From: a virus | Taxonomy: Duplodnaviria > Caudoviricetes | Strand: one strand, 5' to 3' | DNA length: 55,979 nucleotides | Virus record (IMG/VR): IMGVR_UViG_3300020385_000019 | Span: 1-55,979 of that record | Part shown: positions 55,765-55,979 of the stretch, piece after piece | Layout of the letters: every line of letters starts with the position of its first letter | How positions within the stretch are numbered: position 1 is the first letter of the stretch | Translations under genes and position numbers: made by a program | The notes under the pieces: generated by a model | Told to the model about the DNA's origin: nothing | Seen by the model: the letters and a program-made list of their open reading frames with translations, nothing else | Database searches by the model: none

Positions 55765-55842
55765 AAGTCACCAATAACAGCGTTAAAAGTCAGTGCATAA
55801 CCGTAGATAGGAGTGTTAACTATACATTTAAGTTATTGTTTT

Positions 55843-55919
55843 AGATGAAATAAAGGGGGTAAAAGAGGGATAAAAATAAATAGCGGTAGATGACTAAAGG
55901 CAATGAATCATTAAGTTTA
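55843..55919 (+). repeat. Right att core-like direct repeat
   Basis: Exact match to 1-77. Confidence 0.85.
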
Positions 55920-55979
55920 GTAATTGTTTTACTTCTGTTTGAAAGCCTAATGTTTCTTTTTGTGCTGCAGTCATTTATG

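Larger units (their letters stand above)
1..55919. mobile_element. Complete temperate prophage (lambdoid regulation, 933W-like podovirus morphogenesis module, carries a DGR)
   Basis: Terminal 77-bp direct repeat, integrase at one end, full set of immunity, replication, lysis, packaging, head, tail and ejection genes with no obvious frameshifts in core genes. Confidence 0.93.

Noticed and set aside
55790-55835. dif/XerCD-like site near the right end
   Set aside because: Only a partial GTGCATAA resemblance, spacing does not fit, and the phage encodes its own integrase

Overview
The window is an apparently complete, intact ~55.9-kb temperate prophage, bounded by an exact 77-bp direct repeat (1-77 / 55843-55919) with a P4-type tyrosine integrase at the right end. 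It has a lambdoid early region (cI/cro/cII, operators, O/P-like replication with iterons, Sak-type recombinase, SSB, MT-A70 methylase, nin-like genes, Q), a SAR-endolysin/spanin/holin cassette, and a short-tailed virion module whose gene order and sizes resemble, from memory, 933W/Stx-like podophages (TerS, TerL, portal, scaffold, N4-gp56/DUF4043-type capsid, tail proteins, ejection proteins ending in a 3067-aa polyvalent protein). The left end is a P22 immI-like antirepressor module. The best-supported special element is a complete diversity-generating retroelement (target tail fibre - avd - TR - RT). TR and VR align over 119 bp with 16 mismatches, all at TR adenines, and the TR lies in-frame inside the RT ORF. 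Less explained signals: a duplicated 68-bp element whose differences preserve a 16-bp RNA stem, a phased TGTTCCG array around a perfect IHF consensus, and a late-promoter motif repeated in front of the ejection genes. The host is probably a gammaproteobacterium (inference only). All family assignments are by motif recognition; no database search was run.
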